Source: an uncultured Gemmatimonadaceae bacterium (GTDB lineage Bacteria > Gemmatimonadota > Gemmatimonadetes > Gemmatimonadales > Gemmatimonadaceae). From it: 64,000 bases of DNA. This document shows positions 49,712 to 59,923 of the stretch, one piece after another (the first letter of the stretch is position 1; every line of letters begins with the position of its first letter). The notes beneath the pieces are model-generated. The model saw only the letters and a program-made list of their open reading frames with translations. It was not told where the DNA came from and searched no databases. The position numbers and the translations under genes were made by a program. The DNA lies in NCBI GenBank assembly GCA_963761305.1, contig CAVXGK010000002.1, positions 864,001 to 928,000 on the forward strand. The letters are read 5' to 3'.

Positions 49712-52141
49712 TTAGAAGATATTGCCGAACTTGAAGTGCACCTGCCAACCCGGATCCGGCTGGCCAAGCGAATTGACTTTGTCGAACCCGTATCCCAAAT
49801 CGACCCCGAGAGGCCCGAGCGGGGTCACCAGTGAGGCGCCGAACCCGGCCCCACGAAACAGCTGGGTGGGGTCGAAGTCGCGCGGACGCTCCCAGAGGTT
49901 CCCGGCGTCGTAGAATGAGTCGATGTACAGCTGAGAACTTACGCGGATCCCGAGCTCGGCCGTTGTACGGAAGAATGCGTTGCCGAACGACGCCCGCTGG
50001 GCCTGGAGCTGGTCCGCGTTGGCGATGTACCCGAGCGGCGTGATCGAGAACTCGGGATAGCCCCGCAGCGGTTCGCCGTACTGCACGCCGCCCATCGTGA
50101 ACGCCTGCGACACGAAGAACGGGCCCGGGTCGCCGAAGACCGCCCCTGCCCGCGCCGTCAACCCGAAAATGAGCTGCGCCGGTTCGGCCCCGATCGCCTT
50201 GCCCAGCGTCGCGATCGGCGTGTAGGCGTGCATCTCCGTCGTCATGCGCTGGAAATTCGCCGTGCCTCCCAGCGGACCGCCGTTGAGCTGCAGCGACACG
50301 TTCTCGTGGACACCGGCCACCGGGAACGGCATACCGAGCCGTGTATCGTGGTCGAGCTGGAAGCCGAGCGTCGAGCGGAAGCAGCCGTTGCACTGGATCG
50401 TGGCCACCAGGCCGTCGGCGCCGTATTTCACCTTCTCCCCGCCGTAGCTGGCGTAGAAGCGGGTGGACCGCGAGTTGAACACGGGGAAGCCGAACTGCAA
50501 CTGGCCGCCGGTCGTGGTCGACTGGCCGATGTCCTGGATGACGAAGCGCGACTGCTGGTGATAGGCCGAAATCGTCCCCGACACGTTCGACTGTTTGATG
50601 CGGGGATCGCTGTAGCTCATCGTGAAATCTTTGATGTACTGCCCGAACTGCCATTGCAGCGAGCCGCGCTTGCACTCGCCGAACAGGTTCGGCTGGTCGA
50701 AACCGATGAACCCACCCACGCCGGTCCCCTGACCCACCGACGCGCCGAAGTTCACGTTGCCCGTGCGCTTCTCCTTCACGTGGAAGATGAGGTCGATGTC
50801 GCCTTTGTCGTTCACCGGTCGGGTCTCGGGCGTCGGCATGTCCTGCTCGAAGAACCCGAGGTTGGCGATGTTGCGATAGCTGTCAATGAAGCGCTGCTTG
50901 TTGAAGACGTCGCCCGGCACCACGAACAGCTGGTCGCGGATGCACGTCTCGGTCGTCACGTCGTTGCCGAGGATGTCGACGCGGTTGATGATCGCCGGTG
51001 TTCGCTCGTCGACCTCCCACCGCAAGTCGACCGTGGGCACCGAATCCGGTCCGACCTTGCGACGCTCGACGACCGGCGCGATGGTCGCGTAGATGTAGCC
51101 CTGGTCTTCGTAGGCGTCGCGAACCTTGTCGGTCGCCGCGTCCCAAGCCCCTTGGTCGAACACGCCTTCCGGTGCGGCGCCGCGGCCGATGATTCCCTTC
51201 ACCGCCTGGCCCATCGTCTTGCTCTTCGGTCCGAACGGATAGAACGTCGCGATCTGTTCGTTCGAGAAGATCTTCGCGCCGTTCACCTCGAAACTGCCGA
51301 TGCGGTACTGCTGGCCTTCCTGGATGGTGAGACGAACGAGCGCCTTGCCTTGCTTCCGGTCGACGATGAGCGTGTCCTTCACGACCTGTGCGTCGATGAA
51401 TCCGCGCGACGCGTAGAGCTCCGGGATCGACTTGGAAATGTCCTCGTTGAACTTGTCCTCGTCGAACTCACCCTTGTTCCACCAGAAGAAGCCCTCTGGA
51501 CTGGTGGACATCGCACCCACGATCTGTTTGGCGGTGAGCGCCTTGTTGCCTTCGACCTGGACGCCCGAGATCGCGAGACGCCGGCCTTCGTCGACGCGGA
51601 AGACGAGCGTCGTGGCCGCGCCGTCCTTCACCGTGTCGACCGTCACCTTCGCCAGGAAGTAGCCTTCCGCCTGATACAGCGAATCGATTCGCGACACATC
51701 CTTCGCGACCTGCGCCGGATTGATCGGCTTGCCGATCAGCAGGTCAACTCGGTCTTTGACCGACGACGGCGACACCTTGCTTGGCCCGACGACCGACACT
51801 TCGCTGAGAATGCGACGCTCGGTCAAGTTGAACACCAACACATTCTTGCCGGCGATCACCTCGCACGTCGCGTTGGCGTTGGGCTCGAAGTTGTTGGTGG
51901 CGTAGATGTTCTTGAGCGCCTGAGTGACGATCCGTCCGCTGATCGTGGACTTGGGCGTGATGCCGATGTCCGCGCGCACATCCCCCTCGGGGATCCGCGA
52001 CAGTCCTCGGAACGCGACGCTGTCGGGCGTCGCACAAGGCCCCGACGCGGCGGCCTGGGAGGACTGTTGGGCGCCAAGCTGGTGGGCCGAAATGGCCACG
52101 ACCACGCCGACGGAAGCGGTTAGGAAGCGCGCAGGTCGCAT
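49712..52141 (-). CDS. bamA: outer membrane protein assembly factor BamA
   Basis: signal peptide, POTRA repeats (Y...GY, .EG....I..V...GN), barrel with LRGY, TPLGP, C-terminal FKFGNIF. Confidence 0.95.
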   Translation of the reverse strand: MRPARFLTASVGVVVAISAHQLGAQQSSQAAASGPCATPDSVAFRGLSRIPEGDVRADIGITPKSTISGRIVTQALKNIYATNNFEPNANATCEVIAGKNVLVFNLTERRILSEVSVVGPSKVSPSSVKDRVDLLIGKPINPAQVAKDVSRIDSLYQAEGYFLAKVTVDTVKDGAATTLVFRVDEGRRLAISGVQVEGNKALTAKQIVGAMSTSPEGFFWWNKGEFDEDKFNEDISKSIPELYASRGFIDAQVVKDTLIVDRKQGKALVRLTIQEGQQYRIGSFEVNGAKIFSNEQIATFYPFGPKSKTMGQAVKGIIGRGAAPEGVFDQGAWDAATDKVRDAYEDQGYIYATIAPVVERRKVGPDSVPTVDLRWEVDERTPAIINRVDILGNDVTTETCIRDQLFVVPGDVFNKQRFIDSYRNIANLGFFEQDMPTPETRPVNDKGDIDLIFHVKEKRTGNVNFGASVGQGTGVGGFIGFDQPNLFGECKRGSLQWQFGQYIKDFTMSYSDPRIKQSNVSGTISAYHQQSRFVIQDIGQSTTTGGQLQFGFPVFNSRSTRFYASYGGEKVKYGADGLVATIQCNGCFRSTLGFQLDHDTRLGMPFPVAGVHENVSLQLNGGPLGGTANFQRMTTEMHAYTPIATLGKAIGAEPAQLIFGLTARAGAVFGDPGPFFVSQAFTMGGVQYGEPLRGYPEFSITPLGYIANADQLQAQRASFGNAFFRTTAELGIRVSSQLYIDSFYDAGNLWERPRDFDPTQLFRGAGFGASLVTPLGPLGVDLGYGFDKVNSLGQPDPGWQVHFKFGNIF

Positions 52142-52157
52142 AATCCCGCAATATACA

Positions 52158-52204
52158 CAAAAAACACCCGGCCAGATCCCGCAAATAGCGGGCTCCAGCC
52201 GGGT
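52158..52204 (-). terminator. intrinsic terminator after clpC
   Basis: minus strand ACCCGGCTGGAGCCCGC-TATTT-GCGGGATCTGGCCGGGT followed by GTTTTTTG. Confidence 0.75.
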
Positions 52205-52221
52205 CTAACGCTTCAAAATCT

Positions 52222-54711
52222 TTACGCTTGTGTCGAGCCGGTCAGGACCCGGAAGTCCAGGTGCTCCCCATCCGCGCCAGCGTCCACTTCCAATTCGTCC
52301 CCGCGAGAGAACTCACCCATCAGAATCTTCTCGGAGAGCGGATCCTCGATGTACTTCTGAATCGCTCGCTTGAGCGGTCGCGCGCCGTACTGCTCGTCGT
52401 AGCCGTGCTTGACGAGGAAGTCGGTGGCCGAGTCGGTCAGCCGGAGGCTGAGCTCCTCTTCGGACAGGCGACGCCGAATGTCCTTGAGCAGCACGCCGAC
52501 GATCTGGGCAATGTGCTCGCGGCTGAGCGGGTGGAACACGATCACGTCGTCGAGGCGGTTCAGGAACTCCGGGTTGAATACGTTCTTCAACTCGTCCCGG
52601 ACCTTCTCGGCCCGCCGCTCCCAGTTCGCCTTGTCGTCGCCGGACGTGAATCCGAGCGCCTTCGTTTTGCTGAGGTCGCGAGCGCCGACGTTCGACGTCA
52701 TGATCACGACGGTGTTCTTGAAGTCGATCACGCGGCCATAGTTGTCGGTCAGGTGACCTTCATCCAGCACCTGCAGCAGGATGTTGAACACGTCGGGGTG
52801 CGCCTTCTCGATCTCGTCGAGCAGAATCACGCTGTAGGGCTTGCGACGGACGGCCTTCGTGAGCGTGCCGGAATCTTCGTAGCCGACGTAGCCTGGCGGC
52901 GCGCCGATCAGGCGAGACACGGAGAACTTCTCCATGTATTCGCTCATGTCGACGCGGATGAGCGCGGCGTCGTCGGCGAACAGGAATTTCGCCAACGAGC
53001 GCGCGAGCTCGGTCTTGCCGACGCCCGTCGGACCTGAGAACACGAAACTGCCGATGGGACGGCGCGGATCCTTGAGTCCGGCGCGGCTTCGGCGAATCGC
53101 CTTCGAGATCGCCTTGATCGCTTCGTCCTGGCCGATCACGGTCTCGTGCAGCTCGTCTTCCATGCGCAGCAGACGCGCCGTCTCCGCTTCCTGAAGACGC
53201 GTCACCGGAATGCCGGTCCACCGGCTGACGATGAACGCGATCTCCTCTTCGCCGAGCACGGGCCGATGCGACTGGCGACGCGCCTCCCACTCCGACTGCT
53301 TCTGCTTGATGCCACCCTGGAGCTCGCGCTCCTTGTCGCGCAGCGACGCCGCGCGCTCGAAGTTCTGATCGCGGACCGCGGCTTCCTTCTCGTTGTTCAC
53401 CTTTTCCAGATCGGCCTTGAGCGCCGCGACTTCCGGCGGCGGCGCCTGCGCAGCCAACCGTGCACGGGCCCCCGCTTCATCAATGACGTCGATCGCCTTG
53501 TCGGGCAGGAACCGGTCCGTGATGTAGCGCTCCGACAGCTTGGACGCCGAGACGAGCGTGATGTCGGGAATCGTGACCTTGTGGTGGTCTTCGTACTTCT
53601 TGCGAAGCCCGCGCAGGATCTCCACGGTTTCGTCGACCGAGGGCGGATCCACGATCACCGTCTGGAATCGACGCTCGAGCGCGCCGTCCTTCTCGATGTA
53701 TTTGCGATACTCGTTGAGAGTCGACGCGCCGACGCACTGCAGCTCTCCACGAGCCAGCGCCGGCTTCAACATGTTGGAAGCGTCGATCGCGCCTTCAGCG
53801 GCGCCCGCGCCGACGAGCGTGTGCAGCTCGTCGATGAACAGGATGATCTGCTTGTTCTGCGCGATCTCGTTCATCACGGCCTTGAGCCGTTCCTCGAACT
53901 GGCCGCGATACTTGGTGCCCGCGATGACGGCCGCCATGTCGAGCGAGAGCACGCGGTGGTCGCGCAGCGACTCCGGGCACTCGCCGTTGGCGATGAGCTG
54001 CGCGAGTCCCTCGACGATCGCCGTCTTGCCGACGCCGGGTTCGCCGATGAGCACCGGGTTGTTCTTCTTTCGGCGCGTGAGCACTTCCATCACGCGCTGA
54101 ATTTCCTTCGCGCGGCCGATCGTCGGATCGAGCTGCCCCTCGGCCGCGAGCTGCGTGAGATCGCGGCAGAAGTGATCGAGCGCCGGCGTCTTCGACTTTT
54201 TCTCGCCCTTGGGCGGCGTCTGCGCCGGCGCGGCACCAGCCGCCTGCTGCGCGCCGCCTTGAGGCATCTCCGTGCCGAGGATGCGCAGGGTCTCGGCGCG
54301 GGCGGCGTCTAGATTGACGCCCGCGTCGGTCAACACCTGCGCCGCAATCCCCTTTTCCTCACGGAGAAGCCCAAGCAGCAAATGCTCGGTGCCAACGTAG
54401 CTGTGATTGAGGTCGCGCGCTTCGGCCATCGCCAATTCGAGGACCTTCTTGGCGCGCGACGTATAGGGGAGGTCGGGACCGGTAGTCTGCCCGGCTTTGC
54501 CCTTCTTGACCGTTTCTTCGATCTTCTGCTGGATGTCGTCCAGCTCGACGCTGAGGTTCTGGAGCACCTGGGCGGCGACTCCCTCACCCTCGCGAATCAA
54601 ACCGAGCAGAATGTGCTCGGTGCCCACGTACTCGTGGTGCAGACGCGCGGCTTCCTCGCGGGCCATTGCGAGGACCTTGCGTACGCGTTCGGTGAAGTTG
54701 TAGCCGTTCAT
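52222..54711 (-). CDS. clpC: ATP-dependent Clp protease ATP-binding subunit ClpC
   Basis: double Clp-N repeats, [16 protein letters not shown] middle domain, [25 protein letters not shown]. Confidence 0.97.
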   Translation of the reverse strand: MNGYNFTERVRKVLAMAREEAARLHHEYVGTEHILLGLIREGEGVAAQVLQNLSVELDDIQQKIEETVKKGKAGQTTGPDLPYTSRAKKVLELAMAEARDLNHSYVGTEHLLLGLLREEKGIAAQVLTDAGVNLDAARAETLRILGTEMPQGGAQQAAGAAPAQTPPKGEKKSKTPALDHFCRDLTQLAAEGQLDPTIGRAKEIQRVMEVLTRRKKNNPVLIGEPGVGKTAIVEGLAQLIANGECPESLRDHRVLSLDMAAVIAGTKYRGQFEERLKAVMNEIAQNKQIILFIDELHTLVGAGAAEGAIDASNMLKPALARGELQCVGASTLNEYRKYIEKDGALERRFQTVIVDPPSVDETVEILRGLRKKYEDHHKVTIPDITLVSASKLSERYITDRFLPDKAIDVIDEAGARARLAAQAPPPEVAALKADLEKVNNEKEAAVRDQNFERAASLRDKERELQGGIKQKQSEWEARRQSHRPVLGEEEIAFIVSRWTGIPVTRLQEAETARLLRMEDELHETVIGQDEAIKAISKAIRRSRAGLKDPRRPIGSFVFSGPTGVGKTELARSLAKFLFADDAALIRVDMSEYMEKFSVSRLIGAPPGYVGYEDSGTLTKAVRRKPYSVILLDEIEKAHPDVFNILLQVLDEGHLTDNYGRVIDFKNTVVIMTSNVGARDLSKTKALGFTSGDDKANWERRAEKVRDELKNVFNPEFLNRLDDVIVFHPLSREHIAQIVGVLLKDIRRRLSEEELSLRLTDSATDFLVKHGYDEQYGARPLKRAIQKYIEDPLSEKILMGEFSRGDELEVDAGADGEHLDFRVLTGSTQA

Positions 54712-54741
54712 TGTCCCCTCACATCGGGGTGACCGGCATGG

Positions 54742-55833
54742 TCACCCAACAGAGCCCGTTTCCTCTTCCAGCGCTCGTCGCACGTATCGCGCGCGCGCCA
54801 AGTTGGTTTCGCTTTCCGTCAGAGCCCGGCCACCGCCTTCTGCGTACGCCAGGTGCGCGGCCTGCGAAAAGATCAGGAGCTTGTTGAGCGTGTATACACT
54901 GAGCGAGGTGATCAGTTTCAGCCCGACGGCCAACCGAACGCCGCTGAGGTAGTTCATCGCCTCGTCGAACGTGAGGCTGCGGGCGTATCGAAGCGTGCCG
55001 TATGCGCGCCAAAGCTTGTCCTCGATAATATAACCCGCGTCTCGGAGCAGAACACGGCGAGCCTCCGCCTCTCGTTCGACGACGTGCCCGACGACGCGCA
55101 ACAGCTGGTCGAGCAGTTCCTCCTCCGAACGCCCCAAGGTCGTCTGGTTGGAGATCTGGAAGAAGTTGCCTACGACCTCGCTTCCCTCCCCATACAGACC
55201 GCGATACGTCAGCCCCATTTGCTGCAGGCTGTTGAGCACCTTCGCGATCTCTTTCGTCAGAACGAGACCGGGCAGGTGAATGAGGACAGAACCCCGGAGA
55301 CCGGTACCCACGTTGGTCGGACATGCTGTGAGAAACCCGAATTCCCCGTGGTACGAGTAGGGCACGCGTGAGCCGAGCTCGCGATCGAGCTTGTCGATCG
55401 CAGTGTACGCCTCCTGCAATGCAAATCCCGAGCGCAGAGCTTGCAGCCGGAGATGATCCTCCTCGTTGACCATGACGCCGAGGCCGTCGGCCAAAAAGAC
55501 CGCAGCCCCCGTGCGCAGCGGATGCGGCGGCTCCAAACCCGCCAGCTCCTTGCTCACCAGGTGGCGCTCGTGCAGCAGTGACCGCGCGGTCGTCGGCAGC
55601 TCGTCGAGGCGGTACATCACCGAATCGGACATCGCCGGGATCGACGTCACGGCCTCGCGCACCTGTGACAACACGCGCAGCCGCTCGCCGTCGCGCGCGC
55701 GGCCGGTGAACGCGTAGCCCTCGACGTTTCGCGCCAGACGAATCCGCGTCGACAACACGATGTCGGCGTTCTTCCCCGACGCGTCGAGCCAGCCGACGCC
55801 GCCGTCCGGCAACAACGAAAGGTCAACCGTCAT
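54742..55833 (-). CDS. mcsB: protein arginine kinase McsB
   Basis: STRIRLARN, ERHL.S, NEEDH.R.Q, LTACPTNVGTG.R.SV..HLP, RG.YGEGS, QISNQ.TLG. Confidence 0.95.
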   Translation of the reverse strand: MTVDLSLLPDGGVGWLDASGKNADIVLSTRIRLARNVEGYAFTGRARDGERLRVLSQVREAVTSIPAMSDSVMYRLDELPTTARSLLHERHLVSKELAGLEPPHPLRTGAAVFLADGLGVMVNEEDHLRLQALRSGFALQEAYTAIDKLDRELGSRVPYSYHGEFGFLTACPTNVGTGLRGSVLIHLPGLVLTKEIAKVLNSLQQMGLTYRGLYGEGSEVVGNFFQISNQTTLGRSEEELLDQLLRVVGHVVEREAEARRVLLRDAGYIIEDKLWRAYGTLRYARSLTFDEAMNYLSGVRLAVGLKLITSLSVYTLNKLLIFSQAAHLAYAEGGGRALTESETNLARARYVRRALEEETGSVG

Positions 55834-56324
55834 TCGATCACCCGAATCTTGTCGCGCAAATCCGCGGCGAGCTCGAACTGCTCGCTCTCGATCGCCCGAC
55901 GCAGCCGTTCGCGCAACACGCCGATCTCCGTCACGTTGTCGAGCGCCTCGCCGGTCGGCGCCCGATACGCGCGTCCGACATGCCGGTGATTGCCTTGCAC
56001 GCGCCGCAGCAATTCCCGAATGGCCGCCTCGAAATTCGTGTAGCAGCGCGCGCATCCCCAACGGCCCGTCGTCCGAAAATCGGCCATGGTGGTGTTGCAA
56101 AACGGGCACCGCGCCGATTCGCCCGACGTCAGCCCGGTGAGCGCCACCTGCTGCTGCACGTCGTGCAGGAACTCGCCGAGCGGATGATTCGGCGCCGCCG
56201 CCGGCGTCTCGACGCCGCGTTCAGCCGCGCACTTCTCGCAGAGATGCAACTGGTGGACGGCGTTGTCCTCGATCGTCGTCAGGTGCACCGCCGCGTCGCG
56301 CTCCTTGCACACGTCGCACACCAT
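55830..56324 (-). CDS. mcsA: protein arginine kinase activator McsA
   Basis: four CxxC motifs, C-terminal UVR motif (E.FELAA.LRD.I). Confidence 0.93.
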   Translation of the reverse strand: MVCDVCKERDAAVHLTTIEDNAVHQLHLCEKCAAERGVETPAAAPNHPLGEFLHDVQQQVALTGLTSGESARCPFCNTTMADFRTTGRWGCARCYTNFEAAIRELLRRVQGNHRHVGRAYRAPTGEALDNVTEIGVLRERLRRAIESEQFELAADLRDKIRVIE

Positions 56325-57130
56325 CAGGGAACGACCTCCCGAATGTCCGTCTGCGTGAGACGTCCGTCCTCGAGCAGCAACGTCCGGTCGGCACGCGCCG
56401 CCAACGAGCGGTTGTGCGTGGCGATCACCATCGCAATCTCGAGGTCGCGTGACAGCTCAACGAACAAGTCGTGCAGCCGCTCGCTCGTCGCGTGGTCGAG
56501 GTTGCCCGACGGCTCGTCGGCGAGCACGACCGCCGGGTCGATCGCCAGCGCTCGCGCGACCGCGCTGCGCTGCTGCTCGCCGCCCGACAGCTCAGCCGGA
56601 CGATGCTCCATGCGCGCGCCGAGTCCGACCCGCTCCAGGAGCTCCGACGCGCGCCGGCGGGCGCGAGCTTCGTCCCACCCGGCGATGCGTAGAGGCATCG
56701 CGACGTTCTCCACAGCCGTAAACTCCCGCAGCAAGTGATGAAACTGAAACACGAAGCCCACTGAGCGGTTCCGAAGCGTCGAGACCTCGAGGTCCCGTTT
56801 TCCGGCCAGCCGGCGACGTGCCCGCCGTTCCCGGTAGCTCCGGATCCCGCCCTCAGATTTGGAACTGTCGCGTTCGGATGAAACGTCACTTCCGGCGCGA
56901 GCGCGCGATCCTGGAAGACGCGTGCCGTTGATGTAGACCTCGCCGCGCGTCGGTTCGTCGAGCGCGCCGAGCAGATGCAGCAGCGTACTCTTCCCGGCGC
57001 CGCTCGCCCCCACCACGGCCAGCATCTCGCCGCGAGGGACCTGCAAGCTCACGCCATTGAGGACGGTGATCGTGCTGCCGTCGCCGCCTCGATATTCCTT
57101 CGCCAGGTCCACTGCCTCGAGCACCATCAT
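56324..57130 (-). CDS. lolD: lipoprotein-releasing ABC transporter ATPase LolD, with an internal insertion
   Basis: GASGAGKST, RN..VGFVFQFHHLL.EFTA.EN, LSGGEQQR, ADEPSGNLD, ATH; coupled to lolC/E. Confidence 0.92.
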   Translation of the reverse strand: MMVLEAVDLAKEYRGGDGSTITVLNGVSLQVPRGEMLAVVGASGAGKSTLLHLLGALDEPTRGEVYINGTRLPGSRARAGSDVSSERDSSKSEGGIRSYRERRARRRLAGKRDLEVSTLRNRSVGFVFQFHHLLREFTAVENVAMPLRIAGWDEARARRRASELLERVGLGARMEHRPAELSGGEQQRSAVARALAIDPAVVLADEPSGNLDHATSERLHDLFVELSRDLEIAMVIATHNRSLAARADRTLLLEDGRLTQTDIREVVP

Positions 57131-58380
57131 TCGTGCCGGATCGCCTCGACGGGATACAAACGGGCCGCCTGCAACGCCGGGTAAACGGTGGCCAGCGCGG
57201 CCACCGCGAGGCTCGCGACGACGATGAGCGTTACGTCGAGAGGCTGCATCGCGACGGGCAAGTGATCGATGAAATATATGGTCGGGTCGAGGGCGATGAG
57301 CTTGTTCCTGCCGATCACCACTGCCGCGGTCAGGCCGACGAGAAGTCCCGCGCCCGTGCCGACGATGCCGATGACGAGGCCTTGCGCGAAGAAAAGCCGG
57401 CGAATCGATCGCGCGGGCATTCCCATCGCTCGCAGAATCCCGATCTCCCGCGTCTTGTCCTTCACCACCATCACTAGCGTGCTGATGATGTTGAACGCGG
57501 CGACGAGCACGATGAGCAGCAGGATCACGGTCATGCCGAGCTTCTCGAGCTTGAGCGCGCTGAACAGCTGGTTGTTCTGCTGATGCCAATCGAGCACGCG
57601 CAGCGGGCCCAGACTGTCCGTCAGTTGCTGCCCGATCTCCGGCGCCACCCAGCGCGTCGGCGTCTTCACCTCGATGCCCGTGACCGCGTCGCCGATCTGC
57701 GCGAGCTGCTGGGCCGTGGCGAGCGACACGATGACGTAGGAGTTGTCGTACTCGTACATCCCGGTGTCGAACGTGCCCGTCACCTCGAGCCGCATCGACT
57801 TCGCCGCCGGGTAGCCGGTGACCGGATCGATGTGGTTCTGGTCGATGCTGAGCAGCGTGATCGAGTCGGCGCCCGGTATGACGTTGAGCTTCTCGGCCAG
57901 CTTTGAGCCGAGCACCGCGCCGCGGTGCTCGCCGTCGAGCGTTTCGAACTTGAAATCGCCGGCCGTGGCCCGCTGGCGAATCGTCGTCACCTGCGCCACG
58001 CCCGGACCATCCGGCGGCAGGCCTTCGACGAACACGCCCTCGAGATACTTGTGATGTCCGGCGAGCACCAGCGCCTGCGTGTGCACGAACGGCCCGGCCG
58101 CGACGACGCCCTTCTGCCGCAGCACCTTCGACAGCACCGGCCGCCAGTCGTTCATCACCAGATCTTCGCCGTACGTCATCACACGAATGTCGGGACTGCC
58201 GATGAGGATCTTCTCGCGAAGATCCGTCTGCAGTCCGTCCATCACGCCGATGATCACGATCAGCGCGCTCACCGCCACCGTCACGCCGAGAATCGCGATC
58301 GTGCTGATGAGCGACAGCAGGCGCGAGCCGCGCCGGCTGCGCATGTAGCGCCACGCGATCGAGATCTCGAGACGACTCAT
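57127..58380 (-). CDS. lipoprotein-releasing ABC transporter permease (LolC/E, LolF-type)
   Basis: IAWRY, VMDG, G.F.TGMYEYD, DW...N..LF.AL..EK, VAAFNI, EIGILRAMG, YPA..AA...PVEAIR.E. Confidence 0.93.
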   Translation of the reverse strand: MSRLEISIAWRYMRSRRGSRLLSLISTIAILGVTVAVSALIVIIGVMDGLQTDLREKILIGSPDIRVMTYGEDLVMNDWRPVLSKVLRQKGVVAAGPFVHTQALVLAGHHKYLEGVFVEGLPPDGPGVAQVTTIRQRATAGDFKFETLDGEHRGAVLGSKLAEKLNVIPGADSITLLSIDQNHIDPVTGYPAAKSMRLEVTGTFDTGMYEYDNSYVIVSLATAQQLAQIGDAVTGIEVKTPTRWVAPEIGQQLTDSLGPLRVLDWHQQNNQLFSALKLEKLGMTVILLLIVLVAAFNIISTLVMVVKDKTREIGILRAMGMPARSIRRLFFAQGLVIGIVGTGAGLLVGLTAAVVIGRNKLIALDPTIYFIDHLPVAMQPLDVTLIVVASLAVAALATVYPALQAARLYPVEAIRHE

Positions 58381-58399
58381 CACGGCGTTTTCATCCGCG

Positions 58400-59923
58400 T
58401 CACTCCGGGCGCAGTGTGGGAAAGAGGATCACGTCGCGGATGTTGGGCGTGTTCGTGAGATACATGAACAGCCGGTCCACGCCGATCCCTACACCGCCCA
58501 TCGGCGGCATGCCGTACTCCATGGCGCGCAGATAGTCCTCGTCGACGCCGACTGCTTCCTCGTCGCCCGCGGCGCGCAACGCCGCCTGCGCCTCGAACCG
58601 TCGGCGCTGGTCGATCGGATCGTTCAACTCGCTGAACGCGTTCGCCACCTCGCGCCCGCGCGCGAACAGCTCGAAGCGCTCCGTCAACGTGGGATTCCCC
58701 CGCTTCGGTTTCGCCAGCGGCGAGAGCTCGACGGGATAGTCCACCACGAACGTCGGTGACACGATCTTCGATTCCACCAGGGTCTGAAACATCTCGTCGA
58801 GGACTTTGGGCCGGCTCATGGAGTCTACCTTCTGTACGCCGGCACGGCGGGCCGCGTTCCGTAAAACCTCGTCGCCGAGCGCCGACGCGTCGGCGCCGAG
58901 CGCGGCGTTGAGCGAAGGGAGCCATTCGATCCGCGGGAACGGCGGCGCGAGCTCCGGAACCGGCTGGGTGCCGTGCTCCACCGCGCCTTCGGTCGACGGA
59001 GGCGACCACACCGACTTCACCGCCGCCGCCGCCCGCGTCACCAGCGTCTCGACGCGCGTCATCATTCCCGTGTAGTCGGCATACGCCTCGTAAAACTCCA
59101 GCATCGTGAATTCCGGGTTGTGCGTCCGGTCGATGCCTTCGTTGCGGAAGTCGTGCCCGATTTCGTACACCCGATCAAACCCGCCGACGACGAGTCGTTT
59201 GAGATACAGCTCGTCGGCGATCCGCAGGAACAGCGGCATGTCGAGCGTGTTGTGGTGCGTCGTGAACGGGCGCGCCAAGGCGCCGCCGTACAACGGCTGC
59301 AGCACCGGCGTTTCCACCTCGAGGTAGTTCCACCCGTCGAGTACGCGACGGAACTCCGCGACCATCGCCGACCGGGCGCGAAACAGCGCGCGCACCTCGG
59401 GATGCACGGCGAGATCCGCGTACCGCTGGCGATATCGCTGCTCCGGATCGGCGAAGCCCGAATGCCGCACCTTCACGCCGTTTACCTCTTCTTCCTTGCC
59501 GAAGGGCAGCGGCCGCAGCGACTTGGCCAAGAGCTGCACTTCCGTGACACGAACCGTCACCTCGCCGGTTCGCGTGCGAAACAGCGGGCCCGAGACGCCG
59601 ATCACGTCGCCGATGTCGAACAGCTCGAGCGTCGAATAGGTCTCGTCGCCCAACGCGTCCTTCTTGAAGTAGAGCTGAATGCGGCCGCTCTCGTCGGCGA
59701 GATGCGCGAACGTCGTCTTGCCGTGCGCGCGCCACGCGACGATGCGCCCGGCGACTCGGACGACGTCGCCCTCGCCCTCCTGGTCCGCCGGATGCAGCCG
59801 CACCGCGTCGGCCGCCACGTGCGTGCGATCGAACCCATACGCGAACGGCGTCACACCGCGCGCGATCAGCGCGTCGAGCTTTTCGCGCCGCGCGCGGATG
59901 ACGAAGTTCGCGTCGTCGCTCAC
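58400..59923 (-). CDS. lysS: lysyl-tRNA synthetase (class II)
   Basis: OB fold AGRI..R.HGK, RYRQRY.DL, EVETP, GGA.ARPF, FRNEG, HNPEFTMLE, YGMPP.GG.GIG.DRL. Confidence 0.97.
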   Translation of the reverse strand: MSDDANFVIRARREKLDALIARGVTPFAYGFDRTHVAADAVRLHPADQEGEGDVVRVAGRIVAWRAHGKTTFAHLADESGRIQLYFKKDALGDETYSTLELFDIGDVIGVSGPLFRTRTGEVTVRVTEVQLLAKSLRPLPFGKEEEVNGVKVRHSGFADPEQRYRQRYADLAVHPEVRALFRARSAMVAEFRRVLDGWNYLEVETPVLQPLYGGALARPFTTHHNTLDMPLFLRIADELYLKRLVVGGFDRVYEIGHDFRNEGIDRTHNPEFTMLEFYEAYADYTGMMTRVETLVTRAAAAVKSVWSPPSTEGAVEHGTQPVPELAPPFPRIEWLPSLNAALGADASALGDEVLRNAARRAGVQKVDSMSRPKVLDEMFQTLVESKIVSPTFVVDYPVELSPLAKPKRGNPTLTERFELFARGREVANAFSELNDPIDQRRRFEAQAALRAAGDEEAVGVDEDYLRAMEYGMPPMGGVGIGVDRLFMYLTNTPNIRDVILFPTLRPE

